From the NCBI GenBank assembly GCA_963749125.1, contig CAVVLL010000006.1:102882-166881 (forward strand): DNA of 64,000 bases, in the 5' to 3' direction. The DNA comes from an uncultured bacterium (lineage in GTDB: Bacteria > 4484-113). Positions 51,088 through 62,764 of this stretch are shown piece by piece (the first letter of the stretch is position 1; every line of letters starts with the position of its first letter). The notes beneath the pieces are model-generated. The model was not told the DNA's origin. It did not search any database and was given only the letters and a program-made list of their open reading frames with translations. Position numbers and translations under genes: made by a program.

Positions 51088-51604
51088 CTTCGCCACCTTC
51101 CTTTTCCTCGCGCATAATGCGCTTTATGAGGGCGTTGGCGCGGTTGATGGTCATGTTCCCGCGGTATTCACCGTCAACAACGATGATGGGGCCGATTGCG
51201 CACGCGCCCAGGCAGTTGACCTTTTCAAGCGTGATTAGCTTGTCGGGAGTCGTCTTTCCGATCTCAATGCACCACTGGCGGCTTAGCTCGCCGGCGATAA
51301 GGGCTGCGCCGCGCACATGGCAAGCAGTTCCCATGCAGAGATGAAGTATATGCTTACCTCGAGGCTCAAGCGAAAATGCCTTATAGAAAGTTCCGATGTG
51401 GTAGAGCTGAGCCAGCGGAACGCCAAGCTTGTCCGACACTCTGGCGAGCGCTTCCGGCGGAATCCAGTTGTATTTCGCCTGAACATCCTGAAGCACCATG
51501 ATCGTGGCTTCAGGCGATAACTCATACTCGCCCAAGATGACGTCAACGGCTTGGGCGATATCATTTTGTGGAGCCTCAACTGCCCCACTTGCAAGCGCGA
51601 ACAT
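51080..51604 (-). CDS. nuoE: NuoE/HydC-like [2Fe-2S] subunit
   Basis: TFYKAFSLEPRGKH, CMGTACHVRG, CLGACAIGP; GGAGG SD. Confidence 0.9.
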   Translation of the reverse strand: MFALASGAVEAPQNDIAQAVDVILGEYELSPEATIMVLQDVQAKYNWIPPEALARVSDKLGVPLAQLYHIGTFYKAFSLEPRGKHILHLCMGTACHVRGAALIAGELSRQWCIEIGKTTPDKLITLEKVNCLGACAIGPIIVVDGEYRGNMTINRANALIKRIMREEKEGGEDA

Positions 51605-51680
51605 ATTGGTCCTCCAGCAATGGACAAATGAAATGCGGCGCCTTATAGACAAGGCGGTACGATAGAGTAGTTTAGCGCGT

Positions 51681-52838
51681 CTATGCGGGAATAGCACTCA
51701 TCGCACGGAGCTTTTCCACAATTGGCGGCAGCTTCTCAAGCAGGTAGTCCACGTCGTCTTCCGTCGTCCTATGGCCCAAGGTGAAACGCACAGACCCGTG
51801 GATCAGCATAGTGTCCAGTCCCATCGCCGCCAGAACATGGCTCGGTTCCAGCGAGCCGCTGGTGCATGCCGAGCCGCTTGATGCGCAGATGCCAGACAGG
51901 TCGAGCTGAAGCAGTATCCCTTCACCTTCAATTCGTGCGAAATAGAGGTTGGCGTTATGGGGAAGACGCCGGGTTGGATGGCCATTAAGGCCGGTTTCTG
52001 AAATCATAGCGAGCACATTACTAATCAGCTTATTTCGCAATGCCTCAAGTTTATGAACAATCACCGGCATTTCCGTATATGCTAGCTCAAGCGCTTTCGC
52101 CAGCCCAACGATGCCCGCGATGTTCTCGGTGCCCGCGCGCATGTGGCGCTCCTGCGCCCCGCCATGCACCAAGGGGTCTATCTTCGTGCCAGAGCGAAGG
52201 AAAAGCAGGCCGACGCCTTTTGGCCCGTAAAACTTGTGCGCGCTCAAACTGAGCATATCAACCGGCAGCGTGTCGAGCTTCAAGTCGTAATAGCCGATGC
52301 TTTGCACCGCGTCGGTGTGAAACGCCACGCCGCGCGATGCGCATACCGCAGCGAGCGCTGCGATATCCTGGATTGTGCCGACTTCGTTATTGCTGGACAT
52401 TATGCTCACGAGGAGCGTTTTGTCGGTTATCGCCTTTGCCAGATCCTCTGAGCTGACAAGCCCTTGCCTATCCACCGGCAGATAAGTTGCGTTGTATCCC
52501 TGCGTTTCCAGCCATTTAAAAGAATGAAGGACGGCGTGGTGTTCAATAACCGAAGTGATGATGTGATCGCCCTTGCCGCGCATCACCCATGCCCGGCCCT
52601 TGATGGCGAGGTTGTCCGCCTCACTACCGCCGGAGGTGAAGATGATCTCGCCGGGCTTCACACGCAGCAGAGAAGCCACGCGCTCCCTGCAATCGTCAAC
52701 TATCCTGCGGCTGCTCCTGCCAACGGCGTGTATGGAGCTTGGATTGCCGTACTGCTCGGAGAAATACGGCAGCATTTCCTGCAGGACTTCATCCCTCACG
52801 TAAGTCGTGGCTGAATGGTCAAGGTAAACGGTTCTCAT
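51681..52838 (-). CDS. iscS: Cysteine desulfurase (NifS/IscS type)
   Basis: YLDHSATT, GNPSS.H, FTSGGSE, HTDAVQ, SAHKFYGPKG, SSGSACTS. Confidence 0.95.
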   Translation of the reverse strand: MRTVYLDHSATTYVRDEVLQEMLPYFSEQYGNPSSIHAVGRSSRRIVDDCRERVASLLRVKPGEIIFTSGGSEADNLAIKGRAWVMRGKGDHIITSVIEHHAVLHSFKWLETQGYNATYLPVDRQGLVSSEDLAKAITDKTLLVSIMSSNNEVGTIQDIAALAAVCASRGVAFHTDAVQSIGYYDLKLDTLPVDMLSLSAHKFYGPKGVGLLFLRSGTKIDPLVHGGAQERHMRAGTENIAGIVGLAKALELAYTEMPVIVHKLEALRNKLISNVLAMISETGLNGHPTRRLPHNANLYFARIEGEGILLQLDLSGICASSGSACTSGSLEPSHVLAAMGLDTMLIHGSVRFTLGHRTTEDDVDYLLEKLPPIVEKLRAMSAIPA

Positions 52839-53167
52839 ATGAGATTCCTAAGCGCTTCATCAAGTCTTTCATTCAAAGCTGATTTACTCACCAGGCCGAC
52901 GAAACGGTCAGCGACCTTTCCGCCACTGAATAACACCGAAGTCGGGACTGAAAGTATTCCGTATCTATCTATCAAAGCTGGAGATTCTTCAGCGTTCACA
53001 ATTGCGAAGGATATCACGCCCTCGTAGCTTGAAGCCAAGTCAATGGTAGTCGCAAGCTGCTCGCTGGCCGGTCGGCTTGAACGCGTGATGAAGGTTACAA
53101 GTATAGGCTTGTGCTCGGCGTCAATGTAGGCCGCAAAAGTAGCGTCTTTCAATGCTGGTATTTCCAT
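52835..53167 (-). CDS. Thioredoxin-fold protein lacking the CxxC motif
   Basis: PILVTF, YGILSVPT.VLF.GG...RFVG; WCGPC position reads SSRPA; no Cys in the protein. Confidence 0.8.
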   Translation of the reverse strand: MEIPALKDATFAAYIDAEHKPILVTFITRSSRPASEQLATTIDLASSYEGVISFAIVNAEESPALIDRYGILSVPTSVLFSGGKVADRFVGLVSKSALNERLDEALRNLI

Positions 53168-53221
53168 GAAAGCTGATTATAACAGACAGCGCTTAGCTAC
53201 AACCTTCGGCATGTCACCAGG

Positions 53222-53375
53222 GAACCCCGCATGTGCCGTAGTCGCAGGTAAGAACCTCGAGCCTGCAAAACAGGGGGGCACCTAGCCATTACCCCACGGG
53301 GCAATGGACTTCGGTTCCCACGTCTCAAGGTAATGGCTCGGTCCGATATCCCACACCTCGAACACCGCAGGGTTC
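53222..53375 (-). ncRNA. ssrS: 6S RNA
   Basis: Rod-like fold: 5' GAACCCTGCGGTGTTCG pairs with 3' CGGCACATGCGGGGTTC; inner perfect stem AGCCATTACC/GGTAATGGCT around a central bubble; dedicated promoter upstream. Confidence 0.8.
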
Positions 53376-53381
53376 TAGCTG

Positions 53382-53410
53382 AGTCTAAAGTGCCTATCCC
53401 TAAGTGTCAA
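53382..53410 (-). promoter_or_regulatory. Sigma70 promoter of the 6S RNA
   Basis: TTGACA-17 bp-TAGACT ending about 6 nt before the RNA 5' end. Confidence 0.8.
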
Positions 53411-53470
53411 GCGCAACCATACAAGCGCGAGACAGGGCTTTGTATTCAGTAAGCTGCTAGAATTATGCTC

Positions 53471-54355
53471 ATGCACGTCTTGAGGATAACCTTGGCGATA
53501 GCGGTATTCGGCCTAGCTTACCTGACGCACACCGGAAGCACGCAAGCTGCAGTGAAGCTCGCAGACACCAAGTCCTTCCAGCTTGAGGGCGGCATTTACA
53601 TCGCGAGGCTGCTTAGCGAGAACTACATCTGCGCCACGCAAAGCAAATCGGGGAGCTTCGCACTCATAGACATTCGCAACGGCAATATTGAACACATCCA
53701 TAATGAGCTTGGTGAAGCGCGCTCGTTCTCGCCGACGCTTGCCGCAGGGATGGGCGGTAATGCGCTTATATTTGATGAGGCGGCAAGCCGCCTGCACTCG
53801 TTCGCCAAGGATGGGAATTCGCAGGCTTCGTGCGTGTTTGCCGATGCAGTCCTTGCGACGCCATATGGCAGCCCAGTCGACATTATTCCGGCAGGCTCAA
53901 GCTTCAAGGCTGGCTTCTGGTTACTAACCGAGCGCGGTTATGTGTTGAATGTAAGTTCGGATGGCGGTCTGAAGGCTGCGCTGGACTTGAGGAAGAGCTG
54001 TAACGCGCCTGGAGCGTTCTTTTCAAGGATTGGGAAGCGGGCTGACAAGCTATACGTCTACGCTTACAGCACCTCGCAATTGTTTGAAGTAACGACTTCC
54101 GGCACGCGCACAAAGACGTATGACCTGCTGACCGCGCTTGGGGAAGAACTGCGGCCATCTGACGCGTTGTTACTATATGATGGCCGCATTATCGCTGCAC
54201 GCGGAAGCCGCGTCTTCGTGATAACGTCGGGCAAAGCGGAGGAGCTATCTTCTGGCATGAAGGCTGGAAGCGAACAGATGTTCCTTGATAGACTTGGCAA
54301 TCGGATACTCATCTATACTCACTCAGGCGATATTGTCGTGGGTAGCTTGAAATGA
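53471..54355 (+). CDS. Hypothetical secreted protein, possibly a beta-propeller
   Basis: Signal peptide; short beta-strand repeats; ATGA overlap with the next gene. Confidence 0.7.
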   Translation: MHVLRITLAIAVFGLAYLTHTGSTQAAVKLADTKSFQLEGGIYIARLLSENYICATQSKSGSFALIDIRNGNIEHIHNELGEARSFSPTLAAGMGGNALIFDEAASRLHSFAKDGNSQASCVFADAVLATPYGSPVDIIPAGSSFKAGFWLLTERGYVLNVSSDGGLKAALDLRKSCNAPGAFFSRIGKRADKLYVYAYSTSQLFEVTTSGTRTKTYDLLTALGEELRPSDALLLYDGRIIAARGSRVFVITSGKAEELSSGMKAGSEQMFLDRLGNRILIYTHSGDIVVGSLK

Positions 54356-56136
54356 GAGTCTGTAGATCAATTGCTGCAACTGGATTGGCGCTTGGCATCG
54401 CGCTACTCGTCTTGTCGTGCGGCTCAGGGCATGGACGAAAACCAACTCAGGATGCTTCCCCTAACCTCAGTGGGCATGTCGTTACAGCAACTGGCGCACC
54501 TTCTGTAGGTGCCGCCGTCCAGGTATCGCTGCTTTCGACTATCTCGGACTCTGATGGAAACTTCAGCTTCAGCCTGCAGAGCTCCGGCAATTATAGCTTG
54601 AGCGTCCAGGGAAGCGACGGAATATTCGCGTCGCAGACCGTGGCAGTCAATGCAGGCGACAACCAGATTACAGTCTCGCTAGACCCATCTCCCGGCGAGT
54701 TCACTGTCGTTGGAGTAGAACCAAGGCTTAACGCACTGGCTGTACCGCTCACCGGGCCATTTCAAATCAGCTTCTCCCGCAACGTTAATCCCATTGCCGA
54801 CTTGTCGAGCGCCTTCACATTCACGCCGAGTATCGGAGACTTTACGGCAACGGTTGACGGCGCCACGGTCACGCTTATCCCTGCGCGCGAACTAAAGCTT
54901 GGACAAAGATACCGGTTGCGCGCTGAAGGCGTCAGGGCGGTTGACGGCACGCGGCTTAACCGCGAAGTATTCACGTACTTCACAGCGGACACTGTTGATG
55001 ATATCGCCCCGGCATTCGTCTCATCGTCACCTGCTAATGGCGCAACAAACGTGCCGCTCAACCAAACCGTGCTCATTACATATTCCGACGCCATTGCGCC
55101 GCCGACAGGTGGATTCGCTGCCCAGTTCACTCCGGCAGCAAGCATCAGGGAGATAGCAGCGGAGGAGAATATCCTTCGCATCTCTCTCGTGGGCATGCTT
55201 TCAGTGAACACAAATTACACGCTCGATGTTGCGCCGGTTAGGGATATCTCGGGCAATGTTTCAGAGGCGGTTCAGATTTCATTCAAGACCGGCACGATTG
55301 CGCTCGCCTTTGACGACATTGAGCCGACATGGAATGTGTTCAGTAATGCTGTTATCTTCTCGCGTGCAGTCGACGGCAAGTACGACCTGTTCCGCATAAA
55401 CACCGATGGCACCGGGCTTGCTCAACTCACAAGCACTCCAGCGAACGAACGGCACCCTAGCTATTCATCTGACGGCAGCTTGGTCGCATACGCATCTGAC
55501 GAGTCGGGCAACTGGGATATCTGGGTCCAAAGCGTGAGCAGCGGAGCCAAGACAAGGCTGACTTACTTGCCGGAAGATGAGACCACACCAGCATTTTGCG
55601 GCACTTTCTCCCAGCTTATAGGGTTCGTTCGCAGGGAAGGTTCACCTGCCAGTTCGCGCATCTACTTGATGAACGCTGACGGCAGCTATAACCGTCTCGC
55701 TGACGAGACATCTTCGCGTGATGAGACCGCGCCTTCCTTCCATCCGCTGTTGGATAACCAGATGTTGTTTGCGACTAGCGAAGGAGGCGAGTACGATATT
55801 TTCAGCAAGTCGGCATTCCTCGAGTCAGGAAACCCGGTGAACGTCAACCTGACTGCTGACCTGACCGGCAATGAGTATGAGGCATGCTTCTCTGCGGATG
55901 GAAGCACAATCGCATTCATCAGCGATCAAACTGGTATTAGAAATGTATGGGTCATGGATCCTTCGGGCAGCGTGCATTATGTGGTAACTCGATTCACTGA
56001 TCACGTGCATTCGCTTACTTACAGCCCAATTTCAGGCGATGACCGCGTCGTCGTGTCTATGGGGCCGTCTGGCTCGCATAGCCTGTATATCGTCAGCCTC
56101 GTAAGCGGCAACGTCGAGAGGCGGCTAACGGAGTGA
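54352..56136 (+). CDS. Lipoprotein with carboxypeptidase-regulatory-like, two Ig-like (Big_5-type) and TolB/PD40 propeller domains
   Basis: Lipobox VLSC; SDSDGNF; APAFVSSSPANGATNVP; PSYSSDG...AY.SD..GNWDIW repeats. Confidence 0.85.
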   Translation: MRVCRSIAATGLALGIALLVLSCGSGHGRKPTQDASPNLSGHVVTATGAPSVGAAVQVSLLSTISDSDGNFSFSLQSSGNYSLSVQGSDGIFASQTVAVNAGDNQITVSLDPSPGEFTVVGVEPRLNALAVPLTGPFQISFSRNVNPIADLSSAFTFTPSIGDFTATVDGATVTLIPARELKLGQRYRLRAEGVRAVDGTRLNREVFTYFTADTVDDIAPAFVSSSPANGATNVPLNQTVLITYSDAIAPPTGGFAAQFTPAASIREIAAEENILRISLVGMLSVNTNYTLDVAPVRDISGNVSEAVQISFKTGTIALAFDDIEPTWNVFSNAVIFSRAVDGKYDLFRINTDGTGLAQLTSTPANERHPSYSSDGSLVAYASDESGNWDIWVQSVSSGAKTRLTYLPEDETTPAFCGTFSQLIGFVRREGSPASSRIYLMNADGSYNRLADETSSRDETAPSFHPLLDNQMLFATSEGGEYDIFSKSAFLESGNPVNVNLTADLTGNEYEACFSADGSTIAFISDQTGIRNVWVMDPSGSVHYVVTRFTDHVHSLTYSPISGDDRVVVSMGPSGSHSLYIVSLVSGNVERRLTE

Positions 56137-56139
56137 TCG

Positions 56140-56790
56140 ATGGTAATCGTTAAAGTCATGAAGGCGGTCAGCGAGAAGAATGACGAAGCTGCTGCGGACA
56201 TCCGAAACCTGCTTGCGAAGAAACATATCAAGTCCGTGAATATAATCAGCAGCCCAGGCAGCGGTAAAACAGCGCTGTTGGAGAAGACCATCAAGATGTT
56301 TCCACACGATGTAAAGTGCGCAGTTATCGTCGGCGACCCATTTGGCACCTCAGACGCCGAGCGCATAGAGACCGCAGGCGGTATCGCAGTGCAGTTGAAT
56401 ACAGAAGGTTCGTGCCACTTAACCGCGCCGATGATCGCTGCCGCGATGGAAGATCTTAAACTTGATGAGCTAAATCTTCTATTCATCGAGAATATAGGCA
56501 ACCTAATATGCCCTGCGGCATGGGACCTCGGCGAGACGGCGCGGGTAACGCTGCTTTCGGTCGCTGAAGGCACAGATAAAGTCACGAAATACCGAAAGGC
56601 GTTTTATGGCGCGGATGCGGTTGTGCTAAGCAAGATTGACCTGGCGGATGTGAGCGATTTTAATATTGAACGCGCTAAGGCTGACATCGCCAGCCTCAAC
56701 CCCCGCGCGCAAATCATCGAACTGAGTTCAAAGAGCGGGACTGGGATGGAAGGTTGGATTAGCTGGCTGCAGGGACTACTCGCTAAATAG
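56140..56790 (+). CDS. hypB: Hydrogenase nickel-insertion GTPase HypB
   Basis: SSPGSGKT, CHL, IENIGNLICPA..DLGE, SVAEG.DK..KY, KIDL. Confidence 0.92.
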   Translation: MVIVKVMKAVSEKNDEAAADIRNLLAKKHIKSVNIISSPGSGKTALLEKTIKMFPHDVKCAVIVGDPFGTSDAERIETAGGIAVQLNTEGSCHLTAPMIAAAMEDLKLDELNLLFIENIGNLICPAAWDLGETARVTLLSVAEGTDKVTKYRKAFYGADAVVLSKIDLADVSDFNIERAKADIASLNPRAQIIELSSKSGTGMEGWISWLQGLLAK

Positions 56791-56795
56791 ACTGC

Positions 56796-57431
56796 TCAAA
56801 CAAGCATCTTGTGTATCTCGCTGCTGATGCAATCCATTAGGTGTTCTTGTCTGACCGCGATGCCTTCCTGTTCAAGCGACGTCACGAAGTCGCGGTGTTT
56901 GATTCTCGGCCTGTCAGGCGGGATAGGTAGATACCGTTCCATCGCAGCGTAATCTACACGGCGCAACAGCGTGCCATGCAGCAGCGCCCAGGAGCGCGTG
57001 ATGTATGCCGCATTGCCTGATATCTTCTTGCCGTTGAGAGAGAGGTCTGTGAGCCTACTCTTCTCGGCGCATATTCCCACCCCACACAACCCGGCGATAA
57101 GCATCTCGCGGAAGTAATCAAGATGCGAAGCACCTCCCCGCTTCTTGTTGATGACATCCACGCTGGCAATCAAGCTGTAACATAGGGTCATATTGTCGTG
57201 ATACACGGCCCCTCCGCCGCTTATTCGCCGTATCACTGGGACATTGTCTTGGGCGGCCGTCCTCATGTTCACCCATTCGTCAAGAACGTTATGCTTGCCG
57301 ACAAGGATACTTGGCGCATTGGTATAGAAACACAGGCGAAACTCGCCGGCATCAAGAACGGATGCAGAGGACTTCTCGTAGTCGCAGTGCTCTTGGGCGG
57401 ACTCACCGAACAGTAAAATGTACCTTTGCAT
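56796..57431 (-). CDS. Lipoate-protein ligase family protein (catalytic domain only)
   Basis: RRISGGGAVYHD, KKISGNA, HGTLL. Confidence 0.88.
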   Translation of the reverse strand: MQRYILLFGESAQEHCDYEKSSASVLDAGEFRLCFYTNAPSILVGKHNVLDEWVNMRTAAQDNVPVIRRISGGGAVYHDNMTLCYSLIASVDVINKKRGGASHLDYFREMLIAGLCGVGICAEKSRLTDLSLNGKKISGNAAYITRSWALLHGTLLRRVDYAAMERYLPIPPDRPRIKHRDFVTSLEQEGIAVRQEHLMDCISSEIHKMLV

Positions 57432-57434
57432 ATA

Positions 57435-59087
57435 TCAGTCACTGCAAAGATATAGCGGGTCGGGCGAAACGCTTGCAGTCTTGCCTGACAGTGGCGCGAC
57501 TGACGCAAGGCCGGATACCGGCAGTGTAATGATGCCTGTTTGCTGCAGGCGCTTGGGAAGCCTAATTGACTGCGATTTAGGTGCTACCAGGCAATAGAGC
57601 GAGGGGCTGCCTTCAGACGTGAAGCGCGCAAAGCTCACTTCGCTTGGAAACCATTCGCCGCGAAGGTCTGCACCTGGATCATAGTACTTGCTGGCTGTTA
57701 GCTGCCTGAACCGGCGGAATAGCAGAGATGCGTTTACAAGATTAGCGCGTGCTTCAGGCGTGGCGAAATCGCCCGCTCTGAGCATTATGAATACGGCTTC
57801 CTTTTTCCCGTCATATAGCTGCAACAGCTGCTGCAAGTTATCCGTGCCGAGCTCAAATACTGAGGTCGCATCAAATCCGGCGACGGAAATGAACCTTGCA
57901 GGCACGCCAAAATCACCTATCTCTGGCTTTTGGCCCGAGCCCGGCTCCAAAACGAGCATCTCCGCGACACCGGCTTGCATTACAAGCTCGCGCAAGAACT
58001 GCTGATCCATTGAGGGCAAGTCTTCGAGCGTTGTGAGCAGGAAGAACACCGGCTGCGGATAGTAGTCATCGGCGAATGTGCGACGGTTTAGCAGGAAGTC
58101 GTCACGATACTGCGGGATTATGCGCGCAGACAGCTCATCATCCCAGGACAGTCCTTCAAGCAGCTTTGTGCCGTTAGGCTGTCCTTCAGCCCTAAACGAC
58201 ATGAATAGCCCGTTCTCGTCATCAATATTTGTATAAATCCTATGGTCTTCCCCCGATGCCGCGCTAAGCACTTTGGGGCTAAGCACGGGTGAAGGCGCAG
58301 GTTGCGCCTTAGGCTTAGCCGGTTGTGCTTGTTCTTTAGCTGAAGGCTGCGGCTTTGGCTTGGGCGCGGCGGACGTGCCCGCCGAAACGCCTACGACTGT
58401 CTTGAACCAGTCATTAATCCCCACTAGCTTATATCCCTTCTGCCTCAAGCCATCAACGATACCTGGAAGCGCTTGGAGCGTCTGTTCATGGTTAGAGTGA
58501 AGCAAGATAACCGCGCCTGGGCGGACGGTTGAAAGAACGCGGTCTCGGACAACAGACGGGCCCGGCTCCGCCCAGTCAAACGGGTCCACCGTCCAAAGCA
58601 GCGAAGTGAGTCCTTGCGCTTCTGCCGCCGATATCAAGCGCTTGCTGAATGCGCCGTAAGGGGGCCTGAAGTAAGCCGGCTTCTTACCCGTCGCCGACAT
58701 TATCACGTCGTTGCAAGATGTTATGTCCTTGCCCAGCGCCTGTGCATCAGCACGCGTGAGGTCGGAGTGGTTCATTGAGTGATTGCATACTGTGAAACCG
58801 AGCGCTGCCACTTCCTTTGCCGCGGCGGGATTTGCAGCCACCTTCTTCCCTACGAAGAAAAAGGCGGCAGGGACTTTCTCCCCGGCCAGGTAACGGGCGA
58901 TTTTCACCGTCGTCGCGTCCGGCCCGTCATCAAACGTGAGCAGGGCAATCTTGGGTATCGATTTCGCCGGCTTCACCGAGACTCCAGGCGTTAAATAGGG
59001 GAAATTGATAGCTGAGCTCGCCGGCAATGCAAGCAGCGTAACTGCCACTACAAACGCGGTAATCCTAGCATAGGCGATGAAGCGCAT
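57435..59087 (-). CDS. Polysaccharide deacetylase (NodB/CE4) with a Pro-rich linker and an unknown C-terminal domain
   Basis: LTFDDGP, NHSMNH, FRPPYG, DW, VILLH; signal peptide. Confidence 0.9.
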   Translation of the reverse strand: MRFIAYARITAFVVAVTLLALPASSAINFPYLTPGVSVKPAKSIPKIALLTFDDGPDATTVKIARYLAGEKVPAAFFFVGKKVAANPAAAKEVAALGFTVCNHSMNHSDLTRADAQALGKDITSCNDVIMSATGKKPAYFRPPYGAFSKRLISAAEAQGLTSLLWTVDPFDWAEPGPSVVRDRVLSTVRPGAVILLHSNHEQTLQALPGIVDGLRQKGYKLVGINDWFKTVVGVSAGTSAAPKPKPQPSAKEQAQPAKPKAQPAPSPVLSPKVLSAASGEDHRIYTNIDDENGLFMSFRAEGQPNGTKLLEGLSWDDELSARIIPQYRDDFLLNRRTFADDYYPQPVFFLLTTLEDLPSMDQQFLRELVMQAGVAEMLVLEPGSGQKPEIGDFGVPARFISVAGFDATSVFELGTDNLQQLLQLYDGKKEAVFIMLRAGDFATPEARANLVNASLLFRRFRQLTASKYYDPGADLRGEWFPSEVSFARFTSEGSPSLYCLVAPKSQSIRLPKRLQQTGIITLPVSGLASVAPLSGKTASVSPDPLYLCSD

Positions 59088-59151
59088 AAGCTGATTATAT
59101 CAGCAGCCTGTTCTCCCAAGACATGATTGCCACTATAATATTGCGCTCTCG

Positions 59152-61802
<2,651 letters not shown>

Positions 61803-61890
61803 TTAGCTGGAAACCGATTATACACACTCAAAGCGCCTAAGTCTTTAGGCTGCTGAAGCTATTTTGCGATTTGCGGGGATTACCCAGGTA

Positions 61891-62736
61891 TCAGCGTAGA
61901 AATACGTTCGTCCCCGCAAACATGTCGTGGATGGATCTTCCCTTCGGGTCAATCAGGATGTACAGGCCGGCAACTATCAAGTAGAACCCGGCCGTAAAAT
62001 AGATGAACGCCCATAGAAGCACTGCCCGGAGGATAGCAGTGGATACTGTAATGTCCGCTCCATCCATCCTGCAGATCTGGATTCCCACCAGACGCATACC
62101 TGGAGTGCTTCCGCCGAACACGGCGAAGATGATATACATCCCTACGGCAAGTCCCAATTCAATCCCTGCTATTAGGCTGAGCATTGCCCTCATGTCAGCA
62201 GGCATGCCACTGCCTGCGAGCGCGCCGAAACCCTGCGTGTAGGCAAAACTGTTCAGGGCCGTCAGTTGCGCGCCCTTCCCTCCGGCTTGCAGGATGACCA
62301 TTGTCAGCAGACTGATTATTATCCAGTCAGCAGCCAGCGCTGCAGCCCTGCGCATTACGCCTGCAGGCTGAAGCAACAGACCGGTATAAGCGGGCGGAAA
62401 GTAGTATTGCGCGCCTGCGTCTTCTATGTGTTTTGCCTTCTCATCAGAGCCATTAGTGCTCTCCAATGAATCTCTTGCAGGCAGCTCATCCTGTGGCGCG
62501 TCTGCTTCACGCTGCTCGTGGGGTTCAATGTTGCCTGAAGCATCGTTACTAGTAGGCATGCCGTTTAACGCCGCCCCACCCCAATCGGGCTTGGCGGCAA
62601 CGGCAGCCCTGGGCTGAAGCCTTTGGCCACACACCGCGCATTTTTCCGCTCCCGCTGGGTTATCTCCGCCGCACGACGGGCAGCGCTCAGTGCGTTCCCT
62701 TGCAGTTGAATTCAAGCTGTTGTCGCGTTCTTCCAT
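61891..62736 (-). CDS. RDD family membrane protein with an N-terminal zinc ribbon
   Basis: CPSCG..CAVCG; RRAAALAAD; TPGMRLVGI; SIHDMFAGT. Confidence 0.88.
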   Translation of the reverse strand: MEERDNSLNSTARERTERCPSCGGDNPAGAEKCAVCGQRLQPRAAVAAKPDWGGAALNGMPTSNDASGNIEPHEQREADAPQDELPARDSLESTNGSDEKAKHIEDAGAQYYFPPAYTGLLLQPAGVMRRAAALAADWIIISLLTMVILQAGGKGAQLTALNSFAYTQGFGALAGSGMPADMRAMLSLIAGIELGLAVGMYIIFAVFGGSTPGMRLVGIQICRMDGADITVSTAILRAVLLWAFIYFTAGFYLIVAGLYILIDPKGRSIHDMFAGTNVFLR

Positions 62737-62764
62737 GTCAGTTGCGCTCTCATGCGGCCACCGG

